Shown: positions 48,483-62,859, counted from the first letter of the stretch. The stretch is DNA of 64,000 bases from Octopus sinensis (GCF_006345805.1 NC_043000.1:77748001-77812000); one strand, 5' to 3'. Notes: generated by a model not told the origin, from the letters alone. Numbers and translations are program-made.

Positions 48483-51338
48483 GCACAACAGCTTCCACAA
48501 GGACATGTGTTACATCAAAAATTCTTGGTTGGGGATGCAAATCCTCTCATTCGCGTACGACATAATGCGGCAGCAGCATAGAATTGAAGCGTCCATCTCT
48601 TTCTTCTCTCAATGTAGAATGAGGAAATGTGGATGTTGAAGTAATGTAAATAAATAAATACATATATAGACGTGAAGATGGAGGGGCGAGAATTCAGGAC
48701 GAGGGATAAAAAATGTATAAAAAGTGTAAGTATAGAAAAATATAAAAATGTAGAGTATAAAGATATAAAGAGATATAAGGAGATGTAAAGGGGGTATAAA
48801 GAATATAAAGAAATATAAAGAAATATAAATGAATGTAAAGGCATAAGGTTATAAAGTAAAAATAGAAATAGAAATAAAAGTAAAAAGTAAAAAAATAAAA
48901 ATAGGAATAAACATGACAAAAATGTAAAAAAATATAAAGATAAGGGATGTATAGAGGTTACGGACCAAACATGGTGGTCAGGAGATTGATAAAATTTAGT
49001 TGTAGAAGTTTTGGGTGTCAATAAATCAACAGTGTCGTCTGGGGACCTAGTGTGTTGTAAATCAGAGCTGTTGAGCGTTTAATCTAGTTCTTTGAATTAA
49101 TTGGTCATCTTGTACATACATACCATCATGGATACATACACCCATATACACGCGTACATATACGCGCGCATACACGGCTCCAAGCCTATAAGCATACGCA
49201 CGCACTCACGTGTAAACATGTACATAAACACACATACACCCACACGCACGCGCGTACATATACATACATACAACAGAATATCCGCATGTATACACGGACA
49301 TTATACGTGTACACACCCATATATACATATATGCGTCCATCCTTACATACACATACACATATGCCCACGCTTCCAGGTTTAGATATAAGATATTAAAGGA
49401 TGTATATAAGAACGTATGTAAAGAGTCACGCACTCACGTCTACACGTGCACGCACACACGGCTGTGTATCCATATGTGCGTGCACATATACACTTACATA
49501 CACACACAGAGACATACGCGCATATGGGTATAGCTATAAGATATTAAAAGATGTATACAAATAGGTGTAAACATATGAATATAAGAAAACATGTAAAAAA
49601 ATGTAAAGAAATACGGGGTATGCACATCCAGACGTAGATGTTTACTCGTACATATGTACACATATGTATACGTATACATACGTACACGGACGCTCGTATA
49701 ATCATAAAGCGGATCCATAGGTAAGTAAATAAGGGATAAGCAAAAAAGATAGACATATATAGAGATATAAAGCGATAAGTTAGGGGTAAGAATGAGGGTA
49801 AGGGTAAAAATTAGAAATAAAAGTAAGAAATACAATATAAAATAAGAAATACAATGTAAAAGTTAGAAATGAAACATAAAAATTATAAAAATTATAAGAA
49901 TTAAGATAAGGGATGAAAATAAAAATGAGAATAAAGGTAAAGCGAAGTAGAATAGGATAAAGCAAAATAAAAGTAAAAATAAAAATAAAATAAAATAAAA
50001 ATATAATCTGGTAAAGTTTAACATGAGATGAAGGTGGTTGAAAGTTAGAGATGTGTGTTAAAGGTGCCCACGTAGGGGCGGGCGGGGGGAACTGAAAATT
50101 GGAAGGGTGGGAAGTGGAGTTTGGCGGTGTGCGTTCAACATCCGAGTTAGAAATGTGAAAGGGTATAGATATAGGGAAATAAAGAGACTATATAGGAAGG
50201 ATATGGGTTAGGAGAAGAAATATGTAGGGAAAAAAGACATATATGGGAGACAAAATGTGTATATATAGGAGGAAAATGCAGGGAAACATATATGCACATA
50301 CACACACCCACACACACACACACACACACACACCATATATATATATATACATATACGTACACATATGTGCACATACATGTATATACGCACACATATACAC
50401 ATATACACGCACATATAGGAAAGCAGCATGTGCTGGAGCCGACAGGTTGCACCGGGTGGGAGGAAATTGCATGGGGGAGTTGGTATAATAACCTAAGCTT
50501 TGTAGTATTTGAAAGTATTAATAAGTTTGTGTATACAGGATGGTTTGAACTCTGACCATTTGTTAATAAGATTGTGTTTGTCTTTGAATTTCAGGATGCT
50601 CAGGAGTTCTACACAACATAGTTGGCATCCTGCTCTATTATTTAAATAAGGTGCAACTGATCCGATGATGGACCACCTGAGATTGAAGCCTATGCATTTG
50701 TCTTTTAATTCCCAAATTTTTTTAGAAAGGGAGGTGCTGTTAGCCTTATGTCTGTGTTTCAGCGAGGACCGGTGGTTGTAGTATCTGGATTTCCAGGAGG
50801 TTGAGCAACCTATGTAGGTGAGTGTGTTAAACTGAGTACTCACCTCACATGAATATATTACGTTTTTCGCCCTACATGCGCCTTGTAGCGGGCACTCTGA
50901 TGCACATCTGCAGTTGCATTGCATTGCATTATTCGGTCGTGTGCTGCTAATCTCAGGCGGAGGTGTTGCAATACGAGTGGGGGCGTTGATATCCTCCTGG
51001 TTGTTGATGGGTGTAGTATTTCCTCTGTTGTGTTGCGGGTTGTTTACTAACTGTTGGGTATATGGCTGCCAGTCTGATTATATGTCTACTATCTGGATGA
51101 GGGGGGTTCTGTTGGTCGCTATAGCTTGCTCTTGATCTAGCGTTCTAATATTATTATAGTAGTTTAGCTATGAGGCAGCTCATGTTGGGCGGGGTAGAGT
51201 AGGAAATCTAATGGTTTGAGAGAAGAAAGAGATGGACGCTTCAATTCTTGCTGCTGCCGCATTATGTCGTACGCGAATGAGAGGATTTGCATCCCCACCA
51301 AGAATTTTGATGGCATGTCCTTGTGGAAGTGTTGTGGC

Positions 51339-51416
51339 GCGGCTGAAGAAGGCCACAGACATACATTATGCATTGTTATAAATCTGTCTAATAAAGGCCC
51401 GAAACATATGTACCGC
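51339..51416 (+). ncRNA. Type I hammerhead motif, family C (inverted copy)
   Basis: Same sequence as 48405-48482 on the opposite strand. Confidence 0.82.
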
Positions 51417-51458
51417 TGAATCCTTCGCATCATGTTTTTATTTTGATCAAATTATATG

Positions 51459-51492
<34 letters not shown>

Positions 51493-51524
51493 ATATATAT
51501 ATGATATATATATATATATATATG

Positions 51525-51563
<39 letters not shown>

Positions 51564-51606
51564 TATATATATATATATATAGATATATATATAGATATAT
51601 ATATAT

Positions 51607-51676
<70 letters not shown>

Positions 51677-51686
51677 TATATATATA

Positions 51687-51743
<57 letters not shown>

Positions 51744-51744
51744 A

Positions 51745-52133
51745 GGCAACTCGAAGCGCTAGCACGCCGGTTGAAATGTCTAGCGGTATTTCGTATGCTG
51801 CTCGTTCTGAGTCAATTTCCGTCGAGGTCGACTTTGCCTTTCATCCTTTGGGGTCCATTAAAAAGTACTAGTTATGCACGGGGACGATATAATCTACTTA
51901 ATCCGTTTGTCTGTCCTTATGTCCTCTCTGTGTTTAGCCCCTTGTGGGTAGTAAAGAAATAGGTATTTCGTTTGCCGTTACGATCTGAGTTGGAATTTCG
52001 CCGAGGTCGACTTGCCTTTCACCCTTTCGGGGTCTATTAAATAAGTGCCAGTTACACACTAGGGTCGATGTAATCGACTCAATCCTTTGTCTGTCCTTGT
52101 TGTCCCTTCTATGTTTATCCCCGTGTGGGTAAT

Positions 52134-52135
<2 letters not shown>
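51745..52135 (+). mobile_element. SINE family B tandem dimer
   Basis: Head gctagcacgccggttgaaatg followed by two core units. Confidence 0.88.
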
Positions 52136-52174
<39 letters not shown>

Positions 52175-52175
52175 G

Positions 52176-52224
<49 letters not shown>

Positions 52225-52250
52225 ATATATATATATATATATATATATAC

Positions 52251-52408
52251 GCGAGAAAGAAGCAACAAGAATGGATAGGTTTTTAGTACAATCGTTTCAT
52301 ACAAGGACAGGCTTTATTAAAAGTTGTAATTAAAACTTTTAATAAAGCCTGTCCTTGTATGAAACGATTGTACTAAAAACCTATCCATTCTTGTTGCTTC
52401 TTTCTCGC
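52251..52408. repeat. Perfect 75-bp-arm palindrome with 8-nt loop, made of pseudo-LTR sequence carrying the 3' half of a hammerhead (GAAACGATTGTA)
   Basis: 52251-52325 is the exact reverse complement of 52334-52408. Confidence 0.92.
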
Positions 52409-52525
52409 TTATAATCACCCCACATTACTGTATTGTTAAAACAGTATAGTTTTTTTTGGTGCATCTAAGTTAGGTACCATATTCAAGTAAATTCATTTAA
52501 ATTAACTTGAATCTTTATTGCTTTT

Positions 52526-52626
<101 letters not shown>

Positions 52627-52937
52627 TAATTAAAAAAATAAATAAATAAATAAATAAAAAAATAAATAAAATATCTATATTTATATATAAAAATTTATAA
52701 ATATTAATTAATAATTTTACATTTTAAACTTTGAATTTAAATAATTTAAATTTCGAATTTTATATTTTATATATTTTGTATATATATTAATTAATTTTCT
52801 TTCTATGTTTTGGTTTATGTTTTTCACTGTTTGATTTGCCTAATAGTGGTTTTATCTCTAATTTAATTTATATTTATACTGTAAAATTGGATTTAATCCT
52901 AAATCTAATGTTTCCCTGTAAGTCTGGATTTACTCCC

Positions 52938-52998
<61 letters not shown>

Positions 52999-53516
52999 AT
53001 TAATATATTGATAAATTACGTTTATTGAGTGTAATATCTCAATTTCGTAAGTTATGGAATTTACAGGTAAGATGGAATCGCTATTTTGGAATTCATCTTT
53101 GAAGGATATTCCAATACCTCCTAGAAAAGAACATATTTTGAAACTTAGTAATATTAAGGATTTTGTTTCTAAAAGTAAATGGAAAGCCTACTATTATAAC
53201 TATAATATATATAATTTTAATGATAGTATGAATGATAATAATTTTACTTCTAATTTTAAATCTAAAATAGAGATTTACAGATCTTAGAAGATAATAATTG
53301 GAAGGTGGTGAAAAACATTAAATTTCATAAATACCCAAACAGAAATAATGAATATTTAAGAAATTTAAGAAATTTAGCTATTAGAATTAAAGAAATGAGA
53401 AATATGGATGGTATTATTGTACAATCAGATAAAACTAGGAATCTATATAAATTGGATGTTAAATTATATGATAACTTTTAGAGAAAGAGATAATTATAAA
53501 ATATAAAATTGTTCCA

Positions 53517-53925
53517 AGCGCAGGAGTGGCTGTGTGGTAAGTAGCTTGTTTACCAACCACATGGTTCCGGGTTCAGTCCCACTGCGTGGCACCTTGGGCG
53601 AGTGTCTTCTACTATAGTCTCGGGCCGACCAAAGCCTTGTGAGTGGATTTGGTAGACGGAAACTGAAAGAAGCCCGTCGTATATATGTATATATATGCGT
53701 GTGTGTGTTTGTGTGTCTGTGTTTGTCCCTCTAGCATTGCTTGACAAACGATGCTGGTGTGTTTATGTCCCCGTTACTTAGCGGTTCGGTAAAAGAGACC
53801 GATAGAATAAGTACTGGGCTTACAAAAGAATAAGTCCCGGGGTCGAGTTGCTCGATTAAAGGCGGTGCTCCAGCATGGCCGCAATCAAATGACTGAAACA
53901 AGTAAAAGAGTAAAAGAGTAAAGAG
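53517..53925 (+). mobile_element. SINE family A, complete copy, inserted in the PLE B ORF
   Basis: tRNA-like head, central domain, (TA)/(TG) spacer, 3' domain and AAGAGT-type tail. Confidence 0.92.
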
Positions 53926-56730
53926 AGTACACTTTATACTATAAATAAGGCCTCTAAATTAGTCATGATAAACTATGAGTTGGATAATAAAACTGAACCT
54001 TATGTACCTATGCACCCTAGAATTACTCTGAAAGACCATAAAGATAATTTTTATTCAGACCCTAAAGTTAGATTAATTTGTCCTTGTAAATCAGACTTTG
54101 GTAAATTGAGTAAACTCATTTTAGATAAATATATTAATAAATTAAATAAGCTTAACTACCTAAAATTATGGTTTAGTAATAATAATACTTTAAATTGGTT
54201 TAATAATATTAAAGAAAAAATCGATATAAATTTATTCAAATAGATATAGATAATTATTCTTCTTCTATTAATGAAATTGTGTTTAATAAGGCCCTTATGT
54301 TTGCAATGAATAAAGTGGGAATGACTTTTGAAGAGGTTAATGTAATTAAAATGGCTAGGAAATCGTTTATTAGATACAACAATAAATTGTGGGCTAGGAA
54401 GGATACTAGGGACTATTTTGATATACCTATGGGGGCACCCGATTCTGCACAAGCTACGGATTTGGTAGGTATTTATCTATTATCTGAACTTCCATTAGAA
54501 AATTTAAAAATAGAGGGTGGTTTATATAGGGATGACCTTTTATTAATTACTAAGAATTGCACTAATAGGAACCTAGAATTATACAAGAAAAAACTTTATA
54601 GTTTCTTTCAAAGATATGGTTTAAGTATTACTATATATAATGAGAATTTTAATGTTAATGATTTAGATGTTAATTTTATCATAAACTTAATGAAAAACTT
54701 AGATATGTAAATGTTAATAGTAATCACCCACCATCAATTAAAAAATCGCTGATTAATAATATAAGTAAACGTATATCATTCCTTTCTTATGATTTAGAGA
54801 TTTTTAATAAACATGCACCTTATTACAATGAGGCCCTAAGAGAGGCAGGTTATAATAGTAATATTAAATTGTTTATTAAAAATAAAGATAAAAATATTAG
54901 TAATAATTATAATAATTATGTTAGTAATATTAGTAGTAATTTTAGTAATTATAAAAATAAAAATAAAAATAAAAATGAGATTAAAAATAAAACAAATTTT
55001 AATATTAATTCATTAAATGTTAATTATAATTATAAATTTAAATTTAATAATATTATAAAGAAATATAATAATAGTAATGGTAATAATAATGGTAATAATA
55101 ATGATTAATTATAATAATGATAATAATAAGAATAAGAATGATAGTGATAATAATAAAAAGAATAAAAATAAGAATAAAATTTGGTTAATTGTTCCTTATG
55201 GTGCTCAAGTTAAAACGAACATTATTAAAGAGATTTTAGATATTATTGAACAATTTATTGATGATAATCGTAAATATAAAAAAAAATTCTCTAGTAATAA
55301 CTTTGGAGTAGGTTATTTTACCACTAATAGTGTAGGTAACATTATTTCTTCTTCTAACAAATTTAAACTGAATAATTTTTATAAAAATAAATTTTATAAT
55401 AATACCAATAATAATAAAGATAAGACACTCATTAACTGTACATGTAGAGATAAAACTAAGTGCAACTTTAATAACAAATGTGATTTAGACGATATAGTGT
55501 ATAAATGTATAGTTACATTACTTAATGAGAATAATAGGAATAATAATAACTTAAACGCAATATATATAGGGTCCACTTCCCCTAAAATAAAATTAAGAAT
55601 CGCACAGCATATGCATTCATTTAAAAATAAAAACCTAATTAACTCAACAGGACTTAGCAAGTACATATGGGGACTTAAATCCCAAAGTATTAAGTATGAT
55701 TTAAGGTGGGAAATAATAAGTAAGGCTAAATCATATAGTATAGGAGGCAATTATTGTTATTTATGTTTTAATGAGTTTAAAGAAATTTTATTTTATGGGC
55801 ATAATAATTTAGTGAATACTCTGGATGAGCGTAAAATAAAATGCAGACACGGGTTACTTTACTCTTATAATGTATTTCTAGATAAATAATGACTATTTTG
55901 TTCCTAATTTGTAGATTTATGTATTAGTATTAATCTAAAATTTAGTATGTGATTTATAATACTTATTACATGATTTTATATGTTATATTAAATAAACAAT
56001 GTAATATTCTAATAATTTTATAAATATATTACTTTATAGTAGTGTAGTGTTTCCAATTCTTTATGAGGTTTTGTATTAGTCTATTATAGTTATTAAAGGT
56101 TCTTTATTTACTTAAAGTTAGATTATATTTAATTGTTTATTTTATTACTAAATATTTAATGGTTTTATTGAATATAGATTTAGGAAGGTTTTAATTTTGA
56201 ATGTATAAGACAATTTTCTTTTCGTTATGTAATATTTTTTATAATGATAATTTATTCAATTATAGAACAATGTATTTGATCTATCGATAAATTAATTTAC
56301 CTATTTAATTAGGTTAATTTAATATTGATTAGTATTTATTTTTGAGTATTAATAGTATGTTATATAATATAAATATTTATCTTACACTAGAGTTAAGTTT
56401 ATATTTTGTTATATTTTTGTTATAAATTTGTTAAATCAATCTATATGTATTAATCTTTATATTTGAAGTAGATTTATTTAGATGTTTATTTAATCAATTT
56501 TATTTAATATAGATGTATAGATTAGTAAGATAGAATAAATGGCTAAAACGAAATGTTTACCTGTATGTTTGTATGGAAGTATGAATATAGGTACTTATAT
56601 ACGTATGTATTCATATGATATATGTGTGTATGTATGTGTATATATATGTATATGTATATGTACGTGCATATATATGTATATGTATATGTATATATGTATG
56701 TGTGTGTATATATATATGTATATATTGTGT

Positions 56731-56810
<80 letters not shown>

Positions 56811-58642
56811 TATATATGTATACACATACACAGTAATACATCACCTTATGAGAAGCGCTTTACGAGACAATGGGTTCTGTTCACGAGTTTTAGTTTAAAA
56901 TAAAAGCGTACTCTGGGAAAGAATTTACTCGTACGTCGAGGCTTTACTATAATTTTTCATATATATTTATTAATCTTATAAGATTTTTAGAGTAAACATA
57001 GTAATTAGTAGTTATTAATTATTTAATTTATTTAGCATAAGTATTATTTATCATAGTTATTTTAATAATAAATCTTATAGTATAGAGTGGTTCTATTCTT
57101 TAATTGTGACTTCATTCTATTTACATTTATTGATTAACCATAACTTTTTCCATTGACCTATTTAATTACAATTTTCATTGGTAAAGCGTATTTGTAGTTC
57201 TTCACTGTTATAGAATTCTTCAACAATTTATTCTATTTTTGTTAATAACGTAATTCCATGAGTATTCTCATGAACGCTGAAAATACGTTTTCCGATTTAA
57301 AATTTTAGTTCATCACAAAACCTTTCAAAGCTAAGTATATATTTATATTTAAGATTTTTAATTTTTAAAATTTTAATATTTTAATAAGTCTTATTGTATA
57401 ATTTTGTATTTTATATAAATACTGATTGTTATGTAATGATTTAGTTATCGTAGCTATTTATATAATTATTAGATTTTAACTCTACGTTTATTTAAGACTT
57501 TACTTAGCGAAAGAGATATATAGATCGTTAAAAGTAATACGAGTTTTTTTAAAGTTAGGTTTCATGTATTTACATTTATTGATAGCATAATTTTAGTCTT
57601 TATTAACTATATTTGTTGATAGTTATTTAGTTATTATTTTAAATATTTTATAATTGTTAGATGTGTACTTAAATCTAATATATGAATAATGATTTTTTAG
57701 TTAATTAATTTGATAATTAAATTTTTGAACTATAACTGAGTTAAGGATATTTGTGAGTTTATGTTTTTTAAAGCTGCTTTGTATATTCATAAATATCTCT
57801 AACAGTTGACTTCGTCTATTATAACTTATATATTGCTATTTTCAATTGATAATTTGTAGTAGTATTTTTCATTGATAAATATATTCGTAGCATTTATTGG
57901 ATACTATATAACTACGGATTGATAATTTCATTAAGTATTTAGTTGTTGAAGATATGTATTTCATTATTCCATTTTAGTTCTTAACTATACGGTTTTTGTA
58001 AGTTATTAATTAGCCAACGAGATATAAGGATTATTAATTAGTTATAGCGTTCTTTTAAGATAATTTGTTTGTTTGTTTACAATTTGCTTTTTCATCTTTA
58101 ATCTTTTAATTTTTAATATATTTCATAAGTAATAATGAATAATTAATTTATTAGGTTTTTATTAAACGTGCATATATATTTATTGATAGAGATAATTTTT
58201 GATCTTAATTCTTATATTTACATGCATTTATATATATTCATTGATAATTTAGTTATTATTCAAATATTATATAATTATTTGATTTGAAATTAAATTTAAT
58301 AATATGAATAGTGATAATTTTTTTTGATTATTTTTTTTGTTAAATATTTAGGTAAATTAGATATTGACTATAACTGAGATTAGATTATTTGTGGGTTTAT
58401 TATGTTTTTTTAAAAGCCATATTATATCTGAATAGTTAAATACATTTTCTATCTATTCTTACATTAAAAATTACTATTTATAAATTAATTTTTAACATTA
58501 TATTCGATTGTATGACATAATCATAATCGTTAAAGTTTCTAGTTTGATAATAGATTTTTTTATAAGAAAAATTATTATTTTATTTATTTCTTAAAAAAAT
58601 ATTGTTTAAATATATTTGATTATTTATTTAACTATTATCATT

Positions 58643-58740
58643 AACCTGAAGATTGACTATAACCATAATTCGAATTATTAATTGAATTTAAATTATTGTT
58701 ATTCGAATTAGGTTATGGGCATGAAACGATCGCAGTGGTT
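58643..58740 (+). ncRNA. Degenerate hammerhead in the PLE B 3' pseudo-LTR, long stem II
   Basis: CTGAAGA-t-tgactataacc...ggttatgggca-t-GAAA-cgatcg-CA. The T of the NTH triplet is changed to C; stem I is weak. Confidence 0.6.
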
Positions 58741-59096
58741 TTACTTTTTATCTTATATTAAACTTTTTAATACTTTTTGATAGTTATATATATTTAATAA
58801 AAAAATAAATAAATAAAATAATTTTTAAAATAAAAATAAATATATATATATATATATAAATTTATAAATATTAATTAATAATTTTAAATTTTGAACTTTA
58901 AATTTAAAAAATTTAAATTTTGAATTTTATATGTTATATATTTTGTATATTATATTAATTGATTTTATTTCTATTTTTTGGGTTATGTTTTTCACTGTTT
59001 GATTTGCCTAATAGTGGTTTTATCTCTAATATATATATATATATATGAATAAATGAAATAATGGAGAAGAACGAAGATTTTAACAAAATTCCTTTA

Positions 59097-59178
59097 CTCT
59101 CGACACATGTTTCGAAGACAGCATATTTTCATTCCGAAGGAATAAAGGGTGCATTATGCAATCTTCTCATCAGGAGAG
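59097..59178 (-). ncRNA. Type I hammerhead motif, family A
   Basis: ctctc-CTGATGA-gaaga...tcttc-GAAA-catgtg-TC-gagag. Confidence 0.8.
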
Positions 59179-61871
59179 AAAAGGAACCTCTCTCAACAAC
59201 AAGACAAACAAAAATTTCGATGATTGCCTACATGGTAAAGATATTTGTGAGTTTATGTTTTTTAAAGCTGCTTTGTATATTCATAAATATCTCTAACAGT
59301 TGACTTCGTCTATTATAACTTATATATTGCTATTTTCAATTGATAATTTGTAGTAGTATTTTTCATTGATAAATATATTCGTAGCATTTATTGGATACTA
59401 TATAACTACGGATTGATAATTTCATTAAGTATTTAGTTGTTGAAGATATGTATTTCATTATTTCATCGGTACCCTTAGTAAATACATATTAGCTAAGTAT
59501 ATCCCTATATTAATTAATAGGTTAAAACTTAGCTTATGGTCCAACTCTGTTCAAGTCGTAGATTGGTTTACTTCTATTACTGATAAGGCCAACACTAAAT
59601 TTATACAATTCGATATATCTAGTTTCTATCCTTCAATCAACCCTATTGGACTTAATAAGGCCCTATGGCACGCACACAATAAGGCAGGCCTCTCCAGGGA
59701 GGAAATTAGTGTGATATTGACAGTTAGGAAATCTTTCATACAGTTCGATAGCAAGTTGTGGGTCCGTAGAGATACCCCTAATGCGTTTGATGTACTAATG
59801 GGAAGTACAGACAGCGCCCAGATAGCCGATTTGGTCGGAATTTATATTCTTTATGAAATGACCGACCAATTCCCGGACATCTGTGGAGGTCTTTATCGTG
59901 ACGATTGTCTGCTTTACCTCCAAAACGTTTCGAACCAAAAAATACAGAAGGTTAAGAACAGATTAGTTAGGTTTTTTAGTAGAATGGGCTTGCGCATGGT
60001 TTCTGACGATGAATTAACTAAAGCCAACTTCTTGGATATTACCCTCAATCTACAGAATAACTCATACTTCCCTTATCATAAACCTTCCACTAATCTTAAG
60101 TGTATCAGCATTTTCAGTAATCATGCCAGGCCAATTACCGATAATTTAGTTAAAAACATATCTCTGAGACTGTCCAAATTATCTGCTAATGTCGACATCT
60201 TTAACCAAAAAGCAGAATTCTATAACGCCGCCTTGTCAAGAGTCGGTTAAGGGAAAAAGTGTCATACATCGACCCATCTCATTCTAAACCAACATCTGCT
60301 TCTCCAGATAGTAAAGTTACTCGTAATAGGAATAATGATTCCAATTCTAATAGTGCCAGCAACCCTGTACATAAAATAAATTCTTTACGGAGGTAAGCGC
60401 CATGCAACCACAAATTTCCAACCCAGAAATTTCCCACTTACTATCACAAATAACACTAAGAACAATTCAAATTCCACAAAAGAAACTGTATCTGGTTTGT
60501 AATACCTTTCGAAAAACAAATTAAATCGAACCTTCCCTAACAGTTCCGTGAAGCCGTTGCTAGGAACTTTCCAGAAATTCTAGGTATCATTCTATTATCA
60601 ATTCCCACAAGGTCAGAATCGCTTTCTCTAACACTAGGAATCTTTCACAAATTATATCTTCCCATAATACCAAGCTGCTAAACAAAGATTCTTCACCCGG
60701 GAGTTCCAACACTAATCTTACCAATTCCAACCCATCATACAATCATAATAATAGAAATAGTATTAATAGTACCAGTATTTGTAGCAGTGATAGTGTTAAC
60801 AATGATAATATTAATAATAGTATTAGTCATGTTAATAACATTGGCTGTGTTGATGGTAACAGCAATAACAGTATTATTGTCGGTGATATTGCTGGTTGTA
60901 GTACAATTAATAATACTAATAATAATAGAAATAGTGTATTTGTTAGCGCTAGTAATAATAAAAGCAACAATCATAACAATAAAAACTTCGTCTCGATCTC
61001 GGAGGACAACCCCAACAGAAATACATTTTTGTCTAGTAATTCTAAGATTAAGAATTCTACTTACCAGTGTAGAATTTCTTCCGATACCGATGTTTTCTTC
61101 TATATAGGAGCGTCCACTTCTCAGTTATCCAAGAGAATTTCTAACCACTATTCGACATTCAGAGATAGGTAAAAACGACATAGAACAGGACTAAGTAAGT
61201 TAGTTTGGCGTCTTAAAGACAACAATATAACTTTCAAGTTGGATTGGTTCATATTGTCTGTATCCTTTCCTTTTGATAAGGGCAGGAGATTTTGTAACAT
61301 TTGTAACTCTGAGCTCTTCCATATTCTTTTCGCTAAGGTTCCCCTAGTAAACACACTCATAGAAAAATCATACAAATGTAAACATTGGCAGAAACACACT
61401 TTCTACTCATATAAATGATAACGATAGTCACTGTGGTTCTAACAATTAGCTTCACATCCACACCACTGCTATAGAGAATTTCTTTCCTAAGCCCACGAAC
61501 ATGCTTTCATTCAACGTACTCTTCCCCTTCCGTGCCTAGTACTCCTTTATATCTTCCCTTACTACTACATATCTTTGACGTCTGTCTCTCTATCACACAC
61601 ACAATCACTCACACAGACACAAATGCAATTATATACACACACACATACACACACACACAAACACACGCACTCATTAACACAAGCACACACCCACACATTT
61701 CCATACATACAGGAAACATACTGTCCCCTACCTATTTTTACTTCCTCCTATCTATTTTTGACGTCAATGATTATAACGGATTTAAAAAAAAAACACTCAT
61801 TATCGCTTTGGTTACCATGTAGGCAGTCATCGAAATTTTTATTTGTCTTGTTGTTGAGAGAGGCTCCTTTT

Positions 61872-61953
61872 CTTTCCTGGCGAGAAAATTGCATAATGCA
61901 CCCTTTATTCCTTCGGAATGAAAATATGCTGTCTTCGAAACATGTGTCGAGAG
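61872..61953 (+). ncRNA. Family A hammerhead in the 3' pseudo-LTR, core mutated (CTGGCGA)
   Basis: ctttc-CTGGCGA-gaaaa...tcttc-GAAA-catgtg-TC-gagag. Confidence 0.65.
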
Positions 61954-62157
61954 TAAAGGAATTTTGTTAACATCTTCGTTCGACTCCATTCTTTCATTTA
62001 TGCATATACAACACACAAATTTCTACTCATGAACCCGGAGTTTCTACCCTTGACAGGTCGCTTCAACCGTGTTTTCTGGTGTGAATTTGCTACCCAGATT
62101 TTGGTTAAACAAATTTTCTATGCTGACAATAAACATAGGATAATTCATTCATCTACT

Positions 62158-62274
<117 letters not shown>

Positions 62275-62307
62275 TATATATATATATATATATGTGTGTG
62301 TGTGGTG

Positions 62308-62344
<37 letters not shown>

Positions 62345-62859
62345 ATATATATATATATATATACACACATGTATGATTACAATGAAGAAATACATGCATA
62401 CATATACATATATATATATATAGATAGATAGATAGATATAGATATACACACACACACACATATGTATGTCACCACGCGCGCGAGCACATACTTATACACA
62501 TACGAGCATAAATAGGTCAATGGTACACCTACACACACACGCACACATATGCACACCAACACATATATAACCGCACAAACATTCACAAACGTTATTAGGT
62601 CACAGGGCACGTAGATTTAAGCAACATTTAAGAAATATAAACAAAAGACAGAAACAGAAATGGAACCACGTTGGTAAATGGCGTCTGTTGGGTTGATATC
62701 TACTGTAATGGTGTGTACACACATGCACATACACACACAGACATATATGATATATATATATATATATATAGTGAGTGTATATAGCTAAGTATATTTATGC
62801 GTGAGTATATGTATCTGTGTCCATGCATATGTATATATGTGTACACTTGCATATATATG

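Larger units (their letters stand above)
48320..51453 (-). mobile_element. PLE family C 3' fragment: inverted upstream pseudo-LTR (51216-51453), GIY-YIG (50493-50924), long low-complexity 3' UTR, 3' pseudo-LTR (48320-48612)
   Basis: CNCRCASECPLQGAC..VIYSCEV..TYIGCSTSWKSRYYNH..CQLCCVE. 48364-48612 and 51216-51453 are inverted repeats. Confidence 0.88.
52630..59030 (+). mobile_element. Extremely AT-rich PLE family B, near full length, with direct terminal repeats (52630-52861 / 58795-59030), frameshifted ORF and about 3-kb 3' region
   Basis: SLKDIPIP..KWKAYY; QSDKTRNLYK; ITLKDHKDNF..RLICPCKSDFG; DIPMGAPDS; GLYRDD; CTCRDKTKCNFNNKC..IVYKC..IYIGST..RIAQH..CYLCFNE. Confidence 0.9.
59041..62157 (+). 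mobile_element. PLE family A copy 2: inverted pseudo-LTR (59041-59239), foreign 223-bp patch, RT, GIY-YIG, full 3' pseudo-LTR (61765-62157)
   Basis: Colinear with 45130-47660. DVLMGSTDSAQIADLVG, GLYRDD, TYQCRISS..FYIGAST. 61765-62157 is the reverse complement of 44981-45366. Confidence 0.92.

Noticed and set aside
56845-56945. Possible hammerhead remnant (cttatga...cgtacgtc)
   Set aside because: The core and GAAA are not intact and stems cannot be assigned.
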